From assembly GCA_036564885.1 (NCBI GenBank), contig DATCOE010000054.1, positions 7,198-71,197 of the forward strand: a DNA stretch of 64,000 nucleotides. Reading direction: 5' to 3'. The notes under the pieces are model-generated. The model had not been told where the DNA came from, ran no database searches, and worked only from the letters and a program-made list of their open reading frames with translations. Made by a program: the position numbers and the translations under genes. Position 1 is the first letter of the stretch, and each line of letters begins with the position of its first letter. Of this stretch, positions 52,485-61,993 are shown piece by piece. This DNA is from Gaiellaceae bacterium. Lineage in GTDB: Bacteria; Actinomycetota; Thermoleophilia; Gaiellales; Gaiellaceae.

Positions 52485-53261
52485 ATGTCTGTCCTCCGCA
52501 ACATCGAATCGAAGCTCGAATCGCTCTTCGAGGGCGTCTTCGGCCGCGCGTTCCGCACGAACGTCCAGCCGGTCGAGCTCGCGCGCAAGCTGATCAAGGA
52601 GATGGACGAGCACCGCAACGTCTCGGTGTCGCGCGTCTACGTCCCGAACGAGTACACGGTCTTCCTGTCGCCCGGCGACCGCGAGCAGTTCTCGAGCTAC
52701 GAGGCACAGCTGAAGGACGAGCTCGCGGAGTACCTCGCCGAGCACGCGCGCCGCGAGAACTACGTGCTGCTCTCTCCCCCACAGGTGGAGCTCGACACCG
52801 ACGAAGACCTCGATGTCGGCGTCTTCGGCATCGCGACGCGGATGGTGCAGACAGGCAAGGCGACCGCCGACGAGCCTGCGAGCCAGGCTGAGCCAGGTGC
52901 GACGATGGTCTACAAGCCGTCCGCCGGCGTCCCGCAGGCGACCGAGGCGGCATCGCCGGTCGACCTCGGTATCGAGCGCGAGATTGCCGTCTTGAGCTGG
53001 GACGGGCAGCGGCACGAGATCGAGGAGCGCCGCGCCGTGCTCGGCCGCTCGAAGGACGCCGACCTCCAGGTCGCCGACCCCAACGCCTCGCGCCGGCACG
53101 CCGAGTTGCGGCAGGAGGGTGCGACGTACTGGCTGATCGACCTCGATTCGACAAACGGCGTCGAAGTGAAAGGCAAGCGCGTGAAGCGCATCAAGCTCGA
53201 GGACGGGACGCGCTTCACGATCGGCTCGACCGAGATCACCTTTACGCGGGAGACCACGTAG
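52485..53261 (+). CDS. fhaA: FhaA-like protein (DUF3662 N-domain + C-terminal FHA domain)
   Basis: N-terminal MSVLRNIESKLESLFEGVFGRAF block and a C-terminal FHA (LGRS...VSRRHAEL...DLDSTNGV). Confidence 0.85.
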   Translation: MSVLRNIESKLESLFEGVFGRAFRTNVQPVELARKLIKEMDEHRNVSVSRVYVPNEYTVFLSPGDREQFSSYEAQLKDELAEYLAEHARRENYVLLSPPQVELDTDEDLDVGVFGIATRMVQTGKATADEPASQAEPGATMVYKPSAGVPQATEAASPVDLGIEREIAVLSWDGQRHEIEERRAVLGRSKDADLQVADPNASRRHAELRQEGATYWLIDLDSTNGVEVKGKRVKRIKLEDGTRFTIGSTEITFTRETT

Positions 53262-53752
53262 TGGCGCTTGCGTCGGCGCAGGTCGAGACGACGCTTGTCT
53301 TTCTGAAGGTCGGCTTCCTCGTTCTGCTCTACCTCTTCATCTGGCGGATCGTGCGCTCAGCCGCCCGCGACATGCGGCTGCCGCAGGAGTCGATGATCCT
53401 CGCGCCGCAGCAGGCGGCCGCCGCGGGCCTGCTCCCGCAACCGTCGGCGCGCGAGCTCGGGCGGCTCGTTGTGCTGACGAGCCCCGCTCTCGAGGAAGGC
53501 GAGTCGTTCACGCTCGACTCGCATCCTCTGACGGTCGGCCGTGGGTCAGGGAACGACGTTTCCCTCTCCGCCGACGAGTACACCTCGACACGCCACGCCC
53601 GGTTCGAGCCGCGCCGCGACGGCGTCTGGATCGAGGACATCGGCTCGACGAACGGCACGTTCGTGAACGGAATCCGCCTGACGCGCGAGCGGAAGCTCAC
53701 CGCAGGCGACGTCGTGCGGATCGGCGAGACGGACCTGAGGTTCGAACCATGA
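53261..53752 (+). CDS. fhaB: FhaB/FipA-like protein (N-terminal TM + FHA domain)
   Basis: TM helix followed by FHA (VGRGSGNDVSL...TSTRHARF...DIGSTNGTFVNG). Confidence 0.85.
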   Translation: MALASAQVETTLVFLKVGFLVLLYLFIWRIVRSAARDMRLPQESMILAPQQAAAAGLLPQPSARELGRLVVLTSPALEEGESFTLDSHPLTVGRGSGNDVSLSADEYTSTRHARFEPRRDGVWIEDIGSTNGTFVNGIRLTRERKLTAGDVVRIGETDLRFEP

Positions 53753-54741
53753 GGATCGCGCAGTCACACGGCGGCACCGACCCCGGCCGGAAGCGGCGGC
53801 GCAACGAGGACGCGTTCGTCTGTCTGCCGCCGCTCTTCGCGATCGCCGACGGCATGGGCGGCGCGCAGGCGGGCGAGGTCGCGTCGGGCCTCGCGGCTAC
53901 GACGCTGAAGGAGAGTGGCGCCGACGGCGGCGGTGAGGGCCGCGTGGTCGAGCTGATCCAGGAGGCGAACCGGCGCGTGCACGAACGCGCGACGAACGAT
54001 GCGACCGCCGCCGGGATGGGCACGACAATGACGGTCGCGCTCGTCGCGGCCGACGGCCGCGTGGCAATGGGCCACGTCGGCGACTCGCGCGCATATCTCT
54101 TCCGCTCGAACCGGCTCGAGCAGATCACAGACGACCACTCGCTCGTCGCCGAGCTCGTGCGCCGCGGCGAGCTGTCGCCGGCCGAGGCCGAGGTGCACCC
54201 GCAGCGCTCTGTGATCACGCGCGCGCTCGGCACCGACCCGAACGTCGACGTGGATGCCTTCTCGATCGAGTCGCAGCCCGGCGACATCTTCCTGCTCTGT
54301 AGCGACGGGCTCTCGTCGATGGTCGACGGGCGCGCGATCGAGGAAATCATCGCCCAGCACCGCGACGATCTCGTAGCTGCGACAAAGGCGCTGATCCAGG
54401 CAGCAAACCGCGGCGGCGGCGAGGACAACATCACGGCGGTGCTGTTCGAGCTCGCCGAAGGCGGTCCCGAGGCGGCGCGTGAACCCGACGAGCAGACGCG
54501 CGAGCCGGCTGTCGAGCTCGACGAGGAAGACACGCTGCACCCAGAGGACGGCATCGCGCCGCCCCCGTTGGCGGTCGACACGATGATCGTGCCGGCCGCG
54601 GACATCGAGGCTGCACTCGCCGAGCACGCCGGGCCGGAGGCAGCGCGGGCGGGCCTCGGCAGGCGGATGCTCGCACTCGTGGTGATCGCGGCACTTGTCG
54701 CGATCATCGTCGCTCTCGTCTGGTGGGGGCTCGCCCGCTGA
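53749..54741 (+). CDS. pstP: PP2C-family Ser/Thr phosphatase with C-terminal TM anchor
   Basis: ADGMGGAQAGEVAS and LLCSDGL PP2C motifs, with a C-terminal TM. Confidence 0.9.
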   Translation: MRIAQSHGGTDPGRKRRRNEDAFVCLPPLFAIADGMGGAQAGEVASGLAATTLKESGADGGGEGRVVELIQEANRRVHERATNDATAAGMGTTMTVALVAADGRVAMGHVGDSRAYLFRSNRLEQITDDHSLVAELVRRGELSPAEAEVHPQRSVITRALGTDPNVDVDAFSIESQPGDIFLLCSDGLSSMVDGRAIEEIIAQHRDDLVAATKALIQAANRGGGEDNITAVLFELAEGGPEAAREPDEQTREPAVELDEEDTLHPEDGIAPPPLAVDTMIVPAADIEAALAEHAGPEAARAGLGRRMLALVVIAALVAIIVALVWWGLAR

Positions 54742-56033
54742 CCTACAGGAACAGAGAGCTCTTCTACCTGGGCGTCGTCGGTGTGCTCACCGGCATCGGC
54801 TTCGCATCCGTGTACATCGCCCGACAGGCCGTCGTGAGTTGGGGCTCGCTCGGCTACGCGCTCTTCTTCCTCGCGCTCTACCTGGCGGCGCACCTCGTGG
54901 CGCGCATGACGGTGCCGAACGCCGACCCGTATCTGCTCCCGATGGCCGGGCTTCTGACCGCCGTCGGCGTGACCGAGATCTACCGGCTGGGCCCGGATGA
55001 CGCGTTCAAGCAGGGGCTCTGGATCGTGATCGGTGTCGCCCTCTTCGCGCTCACGCTCTTCCGCCTGCGCCGCGACTACCGGATCCTCGAGCAGGTCAAG
55101 TACATCTTCGGTGTCTCGTCGATCGTGCTGTTGTTCCTGCCGCGACTGCCGGGCCTCGGCACCACCGTCAACGGCGCGCGGCTCTGGGTGCACGTCGGCA
55201 CCTTCACGTTCCAGCCGGGCGAGCTTGCGAAGATCTGCCTGATCGTCTTCCTCGCCGCCTACCTGCGGGAGAAACGCGAAGTGCTCGCGCAGGCGCGCGC
55301 GAAGGAGGTCGGGCCGCTGCTCCTGATCTGGGGCGGCACGATGCTCGTGCTCGCGTCCTCCAACGACCTCGGCTCGGGCCTTCTCTACTTCGGGATCTTC
55401 CTCGCGATGCTCTACATCGCGACCGCGCGTCTCTCGTTCGTGTTCGCAGGGATCGCCCTCTTCCTCGTCGGCGGCGGCGTCGCCTACGAGAAGATCGGCC
55501 ACGTCCACGAGCGCGTCACGATCTGGCTGCAGCCGTGGACGACGCAGAAGGTCTTCTGCCCGTCGACGGGCGGGCTCGCACTGCGCCAGGACTGCCAGAG
55601 CTACCAGCTCGTGAAGTCGCTCTACTCGATCGGCAACGGCGGCTTCGGCGGCGCCGGGCTGGGCAAGGGGACGTTCACGACGACGGGTGGGCAGCCGCTG
55701 ATCCCGTTCGTGAACAGCGACTTCATCTACTCGGCACTGGCGCAGGAGCTCGGGCTCGTCGGCGTCGCCGCGCTCCTCCTCGTCTTCATGCTGTTCGTCG
55801 CGCGCGGGATGAAGATCGCGCTCCAGGCCGACGACGGGTTCTCGAAGCTGCTCGCGGCGGGCCTCACGTTCGGCTTCGCCTTCCAGACGTTCATCATCGT
55901 CGGCGGCGTGCTGCGGATCATCCCGCTGACGGGGATCACGCTCCCGTTCGTCTCCTACGGCGGCTCGTCGGTCGTCGCGAACTTCGTCTTGCTCGCAGGG
56001 CTCCTGCTCGTCTCCGATCGGGCCAACTCGTGA
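54723..56033 (+). CDS. rodA: FtsW/RodA/SpoVE family peptidoglycan polymerase
   Basis: SEDS pattern (FQPGELAKI, SDFIYSALAQELG, PLTGITLPFVSYGGSS). The GTG start overlaps pstP by 19 nt. Confidence 0.9.
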   Translation: MGARPLTYRNRELFYLGVVGVLTGIGFASVYIARQAVVSWGSLGYALFFLALYLAAHLVARMTVPNADPYLLPMAGLLTAVGVTEIYRLGPDDAFKQGLWIVIGVALFALTLFRLRRDYRILEQVKYIFGVSSIVLLFLPRLPGLGTTVNGARLWVHVGTFTFQPGELAKICLIVFLAAYLREKREVLAQARAKEVGPLLLIWGGTMLVLASSNDLGSGLLYFGIFLAMLYIATARLSFVFAGIALFLVGGGVAYEKIGHVHERVTIWLQPWTTQKVFCPSTGGLALRQDCQSYQLVKSLYSIGNGGFGGAGLGKGTFTTTGGQPLIPFVNSDFIYSALAQELGLVGVAALLLVFMLFVARGMKIALQADDGFSKLLAAGLTFGFAFQTFIIVGGVLRIIPLTGITLPFVSYGGSSVVANFVLLAGLLLVSDRANS

Positions 56034-57538
56034 ACCGCCAGATCTCCCGGATCGCGCTGCTCTCGCTGCTCCTGCTCTCGTCACTGATCGTCGCCACGAC
56101 GTACTGGCAGGTCTGGGCAGCGCCCGGTCTCGCCGCGCGACAGGACAACGCGATCCAGCGCGTCGCGCAGTTCAGGATCAAGCGCGGGCTGATCTATGCC
56201 TCGGACGGCAAGACCGTGCTCGCCGCCAACACCGCGAAGAAGCAAGGCTCGCAGACGCTCTACTTCCGCCGCTACCCGACGCACGGCTTCGCGTCACAGG
56301 TGATCGGCTATTCGACGCAGGGCCGCTCGCGCGCCGGCATCGAACGGCAAGAGAACGCCTACCTGACGGCGTCGAACGCGAACCTCGGGACGATCTGGGC
56401 CAAGCTCGGCGAGCGGCTGCAAGGCGCGACGATCAAGGGCAACAATCTCGTGCTCAACCTGCACGTGAACGCGCAGAAGATCGCCGAGACGGCGCTGCGC
56501 GGGCGCTGCGGCGCGGCGGTCGTGCTGAACCCAAAGACAGGCGCCGTCTACGTGATGGCCTCGTCGCCGAGCTACGACCCGAACCAGATCGAGTCGCCGA
56601 AAGGCTTCGCGAAGATCATCCACTCGCCGAGCGCGTGCCCGGGCTCCTCGTCTGCGCTGTATAACCGCGCGACGCAGGGCCTCTACGCGCCGGGCTCGGC
56701 GTTCAAGACCGTCACCGCGGCCGCCGCACTCGACGACGGCGTCTACACGCCGAGCTCGCGCTTCGACGATCCCGGCTACTGCACGGAGTACGGCCAGCGG
56801 GTCTCGAACGCGCTCAACCCGGACCAGACGGCGGAGTCGTACGGGAACGTGAGCTTCCTCGAAGCCTACGAGCACTCGATCAACGCCGTCTTCTGCAACA
56901 TCGGCAAGGCACTCGGCGCGAAGCGCATCCTCGACAAGGCGAAGGACTTCGGGTTCTACGCGAAGCCGCCGATCGAGCTGCCGTCGAACGAGGTAGCGGC
57001 GAGCGGCCTCTACCAGTTCACCAAGAAGGGCGCGACGCTGTACGACGACCCGAAGCGCGTCGACCCGGGCCGCCTCGCCTTCGGCCAGGAGCACCTACTG
57101 GCGACGCCGCTCCAGATGGCCCTCGTCGCGGCCGGCGTTGCGAACAACGGGACGATCATGCAGCCGCACCTCGTGCAGGAGGTCCGCGGCCCGTCCGGCG
57201 GCCTCGTCACGCGGGTGCACGCACAGGTCTGGAAGCACGCGATGAAGCCTGCCACCGCAGCGATCCTGAACCAGTTCATGCAGGCAGTCGTGACCGGCGG
57301 GACCGGCCGGGCCGCTGCGATCCCGGGCATCAAGGTGGCGGGCAAGACCGGCACCGCGGAGACCGCGGAGAGCCACGTCTACACGGCCTGGTTCATCTTC
57401 TTCGCACCCGCCGACAACCCACAGGTCGCCGGAGCGGTCGTCCTCGAGCACCAGCTGAACGGGTTCGGAGGCTCGGTTTCGGCCCCGATCGCAAAGCAAC
57501 TGATGCAGGCGATCCTGCCTACGGCGTCGAAGGGTTAA
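56030..57538 (+). CDS. pbpA: Class B penicillin-binding protein (transpeptidase)
   Basis: SAFK (SxxK) and KTGTA motifs. GTGA overlap with rodA. Confidence 0.9.
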   Translation: MNRQISRIALLSLLLLSSLIVATTYWQVWAAPGLAARQDNAIQRVAQFRIKRGLIYASDGKTVLAANTAKKQGSQTLYFRRYPTHGFASQVIGYSTQGRSRAGIERQENAYLTASNANLGTIWAKLGERLQGATIKGNNLVLNLHVNAQKIAETALRGRCGAAVVLNPKTGAVYVMASSPSYDPNQIESPKGFAKIIHSPSACPGSSSALYNRATQGLYAPGSAFKTVTAAAALDDGVYTPSSRFDDPGYCTEYGQRVSNALNPDQTAESYGNVSFLEAYEHSINAVFCNIGKALGAKRILDKAKDFGFYAKPPIELPSNEVAASGLYQFTKKGATLYDDPKRVDPGRLAFGQEHLLATPLQMALVAAGVANNGTIMQPHLVQEVRGPSGGLVTRVHAQVWKHAMKPATAAILNQFMQAVVTGGTGRAAAIPGIKVAGKTGTAETAESHVYTAWFIFFAPADNPQVAGAVVLEHQLNGFGGSVSAPIAKQLMQAILPTASKG

Positions 57539-57550
57539 AGCCGGGCCCGA

Positions 57551-59515
57551 ATGACCACGTCAGACACCCTGATCGACCGGACGTTCGACCGGCGCTATGT
57601 GATCAAGCGCAAGCTCGGCTCGGGCGGGATGGCCGACGTCTACCTGGCAGAGGACCAGGAGCTCGGGCGCCGCGTCGCGCTGAAGCTGCTCGACGAGCGA
57701 CACGCATCCGACGAGCAGTTCGTGGAGCGCTTCCGGCGCGAGGCGCAGAGCGCAGCCGGTCTCAACCACCCGAACATCGTCTCGATCTTCGACCGCGGCC
57801 GCGCAGAGGGCACCTACTACATCGCAATGGAGTACCTGGACGGGCGCACGCTCAAGGAGCTGCTCGTCCGCAACGGCCCGACGCCGGTCGGAATCGCAAT
57901 CGACTACGCGCGGCAGATCCTCGGTGCGCTCTCGTTCGCGCACCGCAACGGGATCATCCACCGCGACATCAAACCGCACAACATCATCGTCGGCTCTGAC
58001 GGCCGGCTGAAGGTGACGGACTTCGGCATCGCACGCTCCGGCGCGTCGCAGATGACGGAGGCCGGATCGATCGTTGGCACCGCGCAGTACCTCTCCCCGG
58101 AGCAGGCGCGCGGCGCGCCCGTTGACCCGCGCTCGGATCTGTACTCGCTCGGGATCGTCCTCTACGAGATGCTCACCGGGAAGGTGCCGTTCACCGGCGA
58201 CACGCCGGTCGAGATCGCGATGAAGCACTTGTCGCAGGTCCCCGAGCCGCCATCAACGCTCCGACCCGAGGTGCCGCACGACCTGGATGCGGTCGTCATG
58301 CGCGCGCTCGCAAAGGATCCTGATCAGCGCTACGGGTCGGCCGAGGAGATGGACGCCGACCTCGCGCGCGTCGCACGCGGCGTGGCGGTCTCGCGCGAAA
58401 CGGAGGATGCGATGACGCAGGTGCTCTCGGGCGCGGGCATCGCTGCCACGCAAACGATGGTGACGAGGCCACGCGCTGTCGCGGCGCCGCCCGCACCGCC
58501 GGCCTATCGCACCCCGACGCCGTACTACGACTACGAGGAACCGCCGCGCGGCCGCTCGATCTGGCCGTGGCTGCTCGCGCTCGGGCTGATCCTCGCCGGC
58601 GCGGCCGGGGGCTTCTTCCTCTACACGAAGATCCAGGACCAGCTGAACACGAACCGGCCCGTCGCGGTTCCCGACGTGACCCTGCTCCAGCAGGACCTCG
58701 CGAAGCTGAAGATCGAGCAGGCGGGCCTGACGCCGCAAATCCTCAAGGCCGCCAGCGACTCGGTGCCGAGGGGCCAGGTCTCTGCCCAGAATCCGGGCGG
58801 CGGCGCGAAGATCGGCAAGGGGTCGCCGGTGACGCTGACGGTGTCGACCGGCAAGCCCAGGGTGCAGGTGCCGGACGTGCGCGGGCGCAGCGTCACCGAC
58901 GCGTTGACGGCGCTCGCGCAACTCGGGCTCAACCCGAAGATCACGCGGGTCTTCTCGAGCGAGCAGCCCGACACCGTCACGGGGCAGAACCCGGCGCCGG
59001 GCGATCGCGTGCTCAAGGGAAGCGACATCCGCATCAACGTCTCGCGGGGCGCCAAACCCGTCCCGGTGCCCGACGTGACGGGCCAGCCCTACTTGAACGC
59101 GGAGTCGGCGCTGCGCGGCCAGGGCTTCGTCGTGGCCCGTGTCGACATCCAGTCCGACCAGGCGCAGGGCGTCGTCGTCGCCGAGGACCCGCCGACGGGC
59201 ACCGAGATCTCGAAGGGATCGAAGATCACGCTCTCGGTCTCGAAGGGGCCCGCGTCGACGCAGGTGCCGGATGTCACGCACCAGAACCAGGCGGCGGCCG
59301 AGGTGCTCCTCCAGGGCGCCGGGCTGACTCCCGCGTTGATCTTCCAGCCGGTCACCGACCCGTCCCAGGACGGGATCGTGCTCAGCCAAGACCCACCGGG
59401 CGGCTCGGACGCGAAGAAGAACGAGGTCGTGACGATCACGGTCGGACAGCTCCAGAACGGGACGCCCGGCGGCGACGGCGGCACGACGACGACCACGCCG
59501 TCCCCTCCGCCGTGA
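57551..59515 (+). CDS. pknB: Ser/Thr protein kinase PknB with extracellular PASTA repeats
   Basis: Complete Hanks kinase domain, one TM, and four PASTA-like repeats (each ~65 aa; the latter three begin V(P/Q)VPDV). Confidence 0.95.
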   Translation: MTTSDTLIDRTFDRRYVIKRKLGSGGMADVYLAEDQELGRRVALKLLDERHASDEQFVERFRREAQSAAGLNHPNIVSIFDRGRAEGTYYIAMEYLDGRTLKELLVRNGPTPVGIAIDYARQILGALSFAHRNGIIHRDIKPHNIIVGSDGRLKVTDFGIARSGASQMTEAGSIVGTAQYLSPEQARGAPVDPRSDLYSLGIVLYEMLTGKVPFTGDTPVEIAMKHLSQVPEPPSTLRPEVPHDLDAVVMRALAKDPDQRYGSAEEMDADLARVARGVAVSRETEDAMTQVLSGAGIAATQTMVTRPRAVAAPPAPPAYRTPTPYYDYEEPPRGRSIWPWLLALGLILAGAAGGFFLYTKIQDQLNTNRPVAVPDVTLLQQDLAKLKIEQAGLTPQILKAASDSVPRGQVSAQNPGGGAKIGKGSPVTLTVSTGKPRVQVPDVRGRSVTDALTALAQLGLNPKITRVFSSEQPDTVTGQNPAPGDRVLKGSDIRINVSRGAKPVPVPDVTGQPYLNAESALRGQGFVVARVDIQSDQAQGVVVAEDPPTGTEISKGSKITLSVSKGPASTQVPDVTHQNQAAAEVLLQGAGLTPALIFQPVTDPSQDGIVLSQDPPGGSDAKKNEVVTITVGQLQNGTPGGDGGTTTTTPSPPP

Positions 59516-60522
59516 CCCGGAGGATCGCCGTCATCCTCGGCGGCCGCTCAAGCGAGAACGCGGTCTCGATCGCCTCTGCCGCCAGTGTGGTCGACGCGCT
59601 CGAGCGGCGCGGTCACGACGTGGTCACGATCGAGATCGACCGCGCAGGTCGCTGGCAGCTCGAGACTCATGAACCTGGTTCAGAAACCGAACCAGGTTCC
59701 GAACTGATTCGTCTCCCGCCGCGCGAGGTCGCGACGACGCTCGCCGACGTCGACGTCGTCTTCCCGGTGCTGCACGGGCCGTTCGGCGAGGACGGCACCG
59801 TGCAGGGCCTGCTCGAGCTCGCCGGCGTCCCGTACGTCGGCGCCGGGGTGCTCGCCTCGGCGCTCTGCATGGACAAGGACGTCTTCAAGTCGGTGCTGCG
59901 CGACCACGGCGTCCCGGTGACTGCGAACATCACGCTTCGCCTCGGCGACGCGCCGCGCAATCCATTTGGTTTTCCTGTCTTCATCAAGCCGGCCCGGCTC
60001 GGGTCGAGCGTCGGCATCACGAAGGCGCACGACGAGGACGAGTTGCGCGCCGGTGTTGCGCTCGCGTTCGAGCACGACGAGAAGGTGCTCGTCGAGCAAT
60101 TCGTCTCGGGGGTCGAAGTCGAGGTCGGCGTGCTCGGCAACCTGCGGCCGACCGCGTCGCTCCCCGGCGAGATCGTCGTGAAAGCGAACGAGTGGTACGA
60201 CTACGAGGCGAAATACGACGAGGGAGAGATGGACCTCGTCGTCCCGCCGCGGATCACCGACGCGCAGATCGAGCGCGTGCAGGAGCTCGCCGTCCGCGCG
60301 TTCGTCGCCACCGACTGCGAGGGGATGGCGCGTGTCGACATGTTCGTGCGCAACGACGGCGAGGTGCTCGTGAACGAGCTGAACACGATTCCCGGCTTTA
60401 CTTCGACGAGCGTCTACGCTCGGCTCTTCGCGGCGTCCGGCGTCCCGTACGCCGAGCTGCTCGAGCGGCTCGCCGAGCTTGCCGTCGAGCGCTTCGACCG
60501 CCGCTCGCAGCTGCGGTACTAG
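59512..60522 (+). CDS. ddl: D-alanine--D-alanine ligase
   Basis: ATP-grasp Ddl pattern (FPVLHGPFGEDGTVQGLLE, NELNTIPGFT). GTGA overlap with the pknB stop. Confidence 0.9.
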   Translation: MTRRIAVILGGRSSENAVSIASAASVVDALERRGHDVVTIEIDRAGRWQLETHEPGSETEPGSELIRLPPREVATTLADVDVVFPVLHGPFGEDGTVQGLLELAGVPYVGAGVLASALCMDKDVFKSVLRDHGVPVTANITLRLGDAPRNPFGFPVFIKPARLGSSVGITKAHDEDELRAGVALAFEHDEKVLVEQFVSGVEVEVGVLGNLRPTASLPGEIVVKANEWYDYEAKYDEGEMDLVVPPRITDAQIERVQELAVRAFVATDCEGMARVDMFVRNDGEVLVNELNTIPGFTSTSVYARLFAASGVPYAELLERLAELAVERFDRRSQLRY

Positions 60523-61961
60523 GACGCGCGCACGTCGTTGATCCGCACCGTGTTGTAGTTCGGTGCGAGGCTCGTGATCCAGATCAGGTAGAAGCGGTGC
60601 CGGCCGCCGTGGATCACGAACTGCGTCTGGCCCGTGGCGAGCTGCGACCCGGTCAGGTAATCGTTGAACGGCCCGCTCTCCGCGTCGCCCCCGCGGATCA
60701 CCACCGTGAAGCCGGGTGTCTGCGTCGCGAAGCCGAGCTGGTGGAGCTGCACGCTCTTGCCCGCGTCGAGCACCAGGCCCACGCCCTTCTTCCTGAGCGC
60801 CGCAAAGCTCGAGCGGTACTGCTCGGTTTCCCAGTAGGTGCCGGAGTTGGAGTCGGTGGCCTTCGGAGCATTGGCGTTGTTCTCTTGCCCCGGCGGCGAC
60901 CCGTATGGGTCGTAGGCGGTCACGGCGCTCAGGTGCGGTGCGGCGCCCGACCCACCGCCGGAGCCGCCGCCCGAAACACCCCACGAAGGGATGCCCTGCA
61001 CGATCAGGTAGGCGACGACCGCGCCGATCGCGATCAACGCAACCAGCGCGAAGACGAGCGGCCAGGGCGAGATGCCACGGCGCGGCGGGCGCGCCCGCCG
61101 CGGCGGCGCGGCGACGGGAGCGTTGACCTGTGTGCCCTGCACCTCGGCGAGGCAGGCCTCGAGCTCGTGGCAGAAGTCGGACATCGTCTGGAACCGCGCC
61201 TCGGGGTCCTTTGCCATCGCGCGGTGCACGGCTGCCTCGACGCGCGGTGGCACGTCGGGCCGCTTATCGCGAATCGACGGCGGCTCCTCGTTGATGTGCC
61301 GCATCGCAATCGCGACGAAGTTCTCGCCGGGGAACGGCACCTCGTTCAGCAGCATCTCGTAGAGGACGACGCCGAGGGAGTAGACATCGGTGTGCTCGTC
61401 GACGCGCTGTCCCTGCGCTTGCTCGGGCGCGATGTAGTCGGACGTTCCGAGCACCGTGCCGGTCTGCGTCATCCCCTGCTTGACGTCGAGCGAGCGCGCG
61501 ATGCCGAAATCGGTCACCTTCGCCGTCCCGTCACCGTTCATCAGCACGTTCTGCGGCTTCACGTCTCGATGGATCAGCCCTTGCTGGTGCGCGAACGAGA
61601 GCCCACGGGCGATCTGCATCGCCAGCTCGAGCGCCGTCGACACGGGCGCCGCGCCACGGCGCTCGATCAGCTGCTTCAGGTTCCCGCCCTCGACGTACTC
61701 GAAGACGATGAACTGCCGCCCCTCGTGCTCGCCGCGATCGATCACCGTGACGATGTTCGGATGCGACAGGGTCGCGACTGCTCGCGCCTCGCGCCGGAAG
61801 CGCTCGACGTACTCCTCGTCGTCGGTGTAGTGCTGGTGGAGCACCTTCAGCGCGACCTTGCGCTCGAGCAGCCGGTCGTGCGCGCGAAAGACGCTCGACA
61901 TGCCACCGGTGCCGATGAGCTCCTCGAGCTCGTAGCGGTCTGAGAGAACGTCGCCGACCAT
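60519..61961 (-). CDS. Ser/Thr protein kinase with one TM and an uncharacterised extracellular C-terminal domain
   Basis: Complete Hanks kinase motifs, a TM (WPLVFALVALIAIGAVVAYLIV), a Gly/Ser linker and a ~150-aa beta-rich ectodomain. Confidence 0.9.
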   Translation of the reverse strand: MVGDVLSDRYELEELIGTGGMSSVFRAHDRLLERKVALKVLHQHYTDDEEYVERFRREARAVATLSHPNIVTVIDRGEHEGRQFIVFEYVEGGNLKQLIERRGAAPVSTALELAMQIARGLSFAHQQGLIHRDVKPQNVLMNGDGTAKVTDFGIARSLDVKQGMTQTGTVLGTSDYIAPEQAQGQRVDEHTDVYSLGVVLYEMLLNEVPFPGENFVAIAMRHINEEPPSIRDKRPDVPPRVEAAVHRAMAKDPEARFQTMSDFCHELEACLAEVQGTQVNAPVAAPPRRARPPRRGISPWPLVFALVALIAIGAVVAYLIVQGIPSWGVSGGGSGGGSGAAPHLSAVTAYDPYGSPPGQENNANAPKATDSNSGTYWETEQYRSSFAALRKKGVGLVLDAGKSVQLHQLGFATQTPGFTVVIRGGDAESGPFNDYLTGSQLATGQTQFVIHGGRHRFYLIWITSLAPNYNTVRINDVRAS

Positions 61962-61993
61962 CGGCGCCCCAGGGTACCCCGAACCGTTGGCCG

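Noticed and set aside
57558-57570. Half-copy of the repeat (ACGTCAGACACCC) at codons 3-6 of pknB (MTTSDT).
   Set aside because: Only one arm of the palindrome is present. It lies in a coding context with no partner copy, so it is probably chance.
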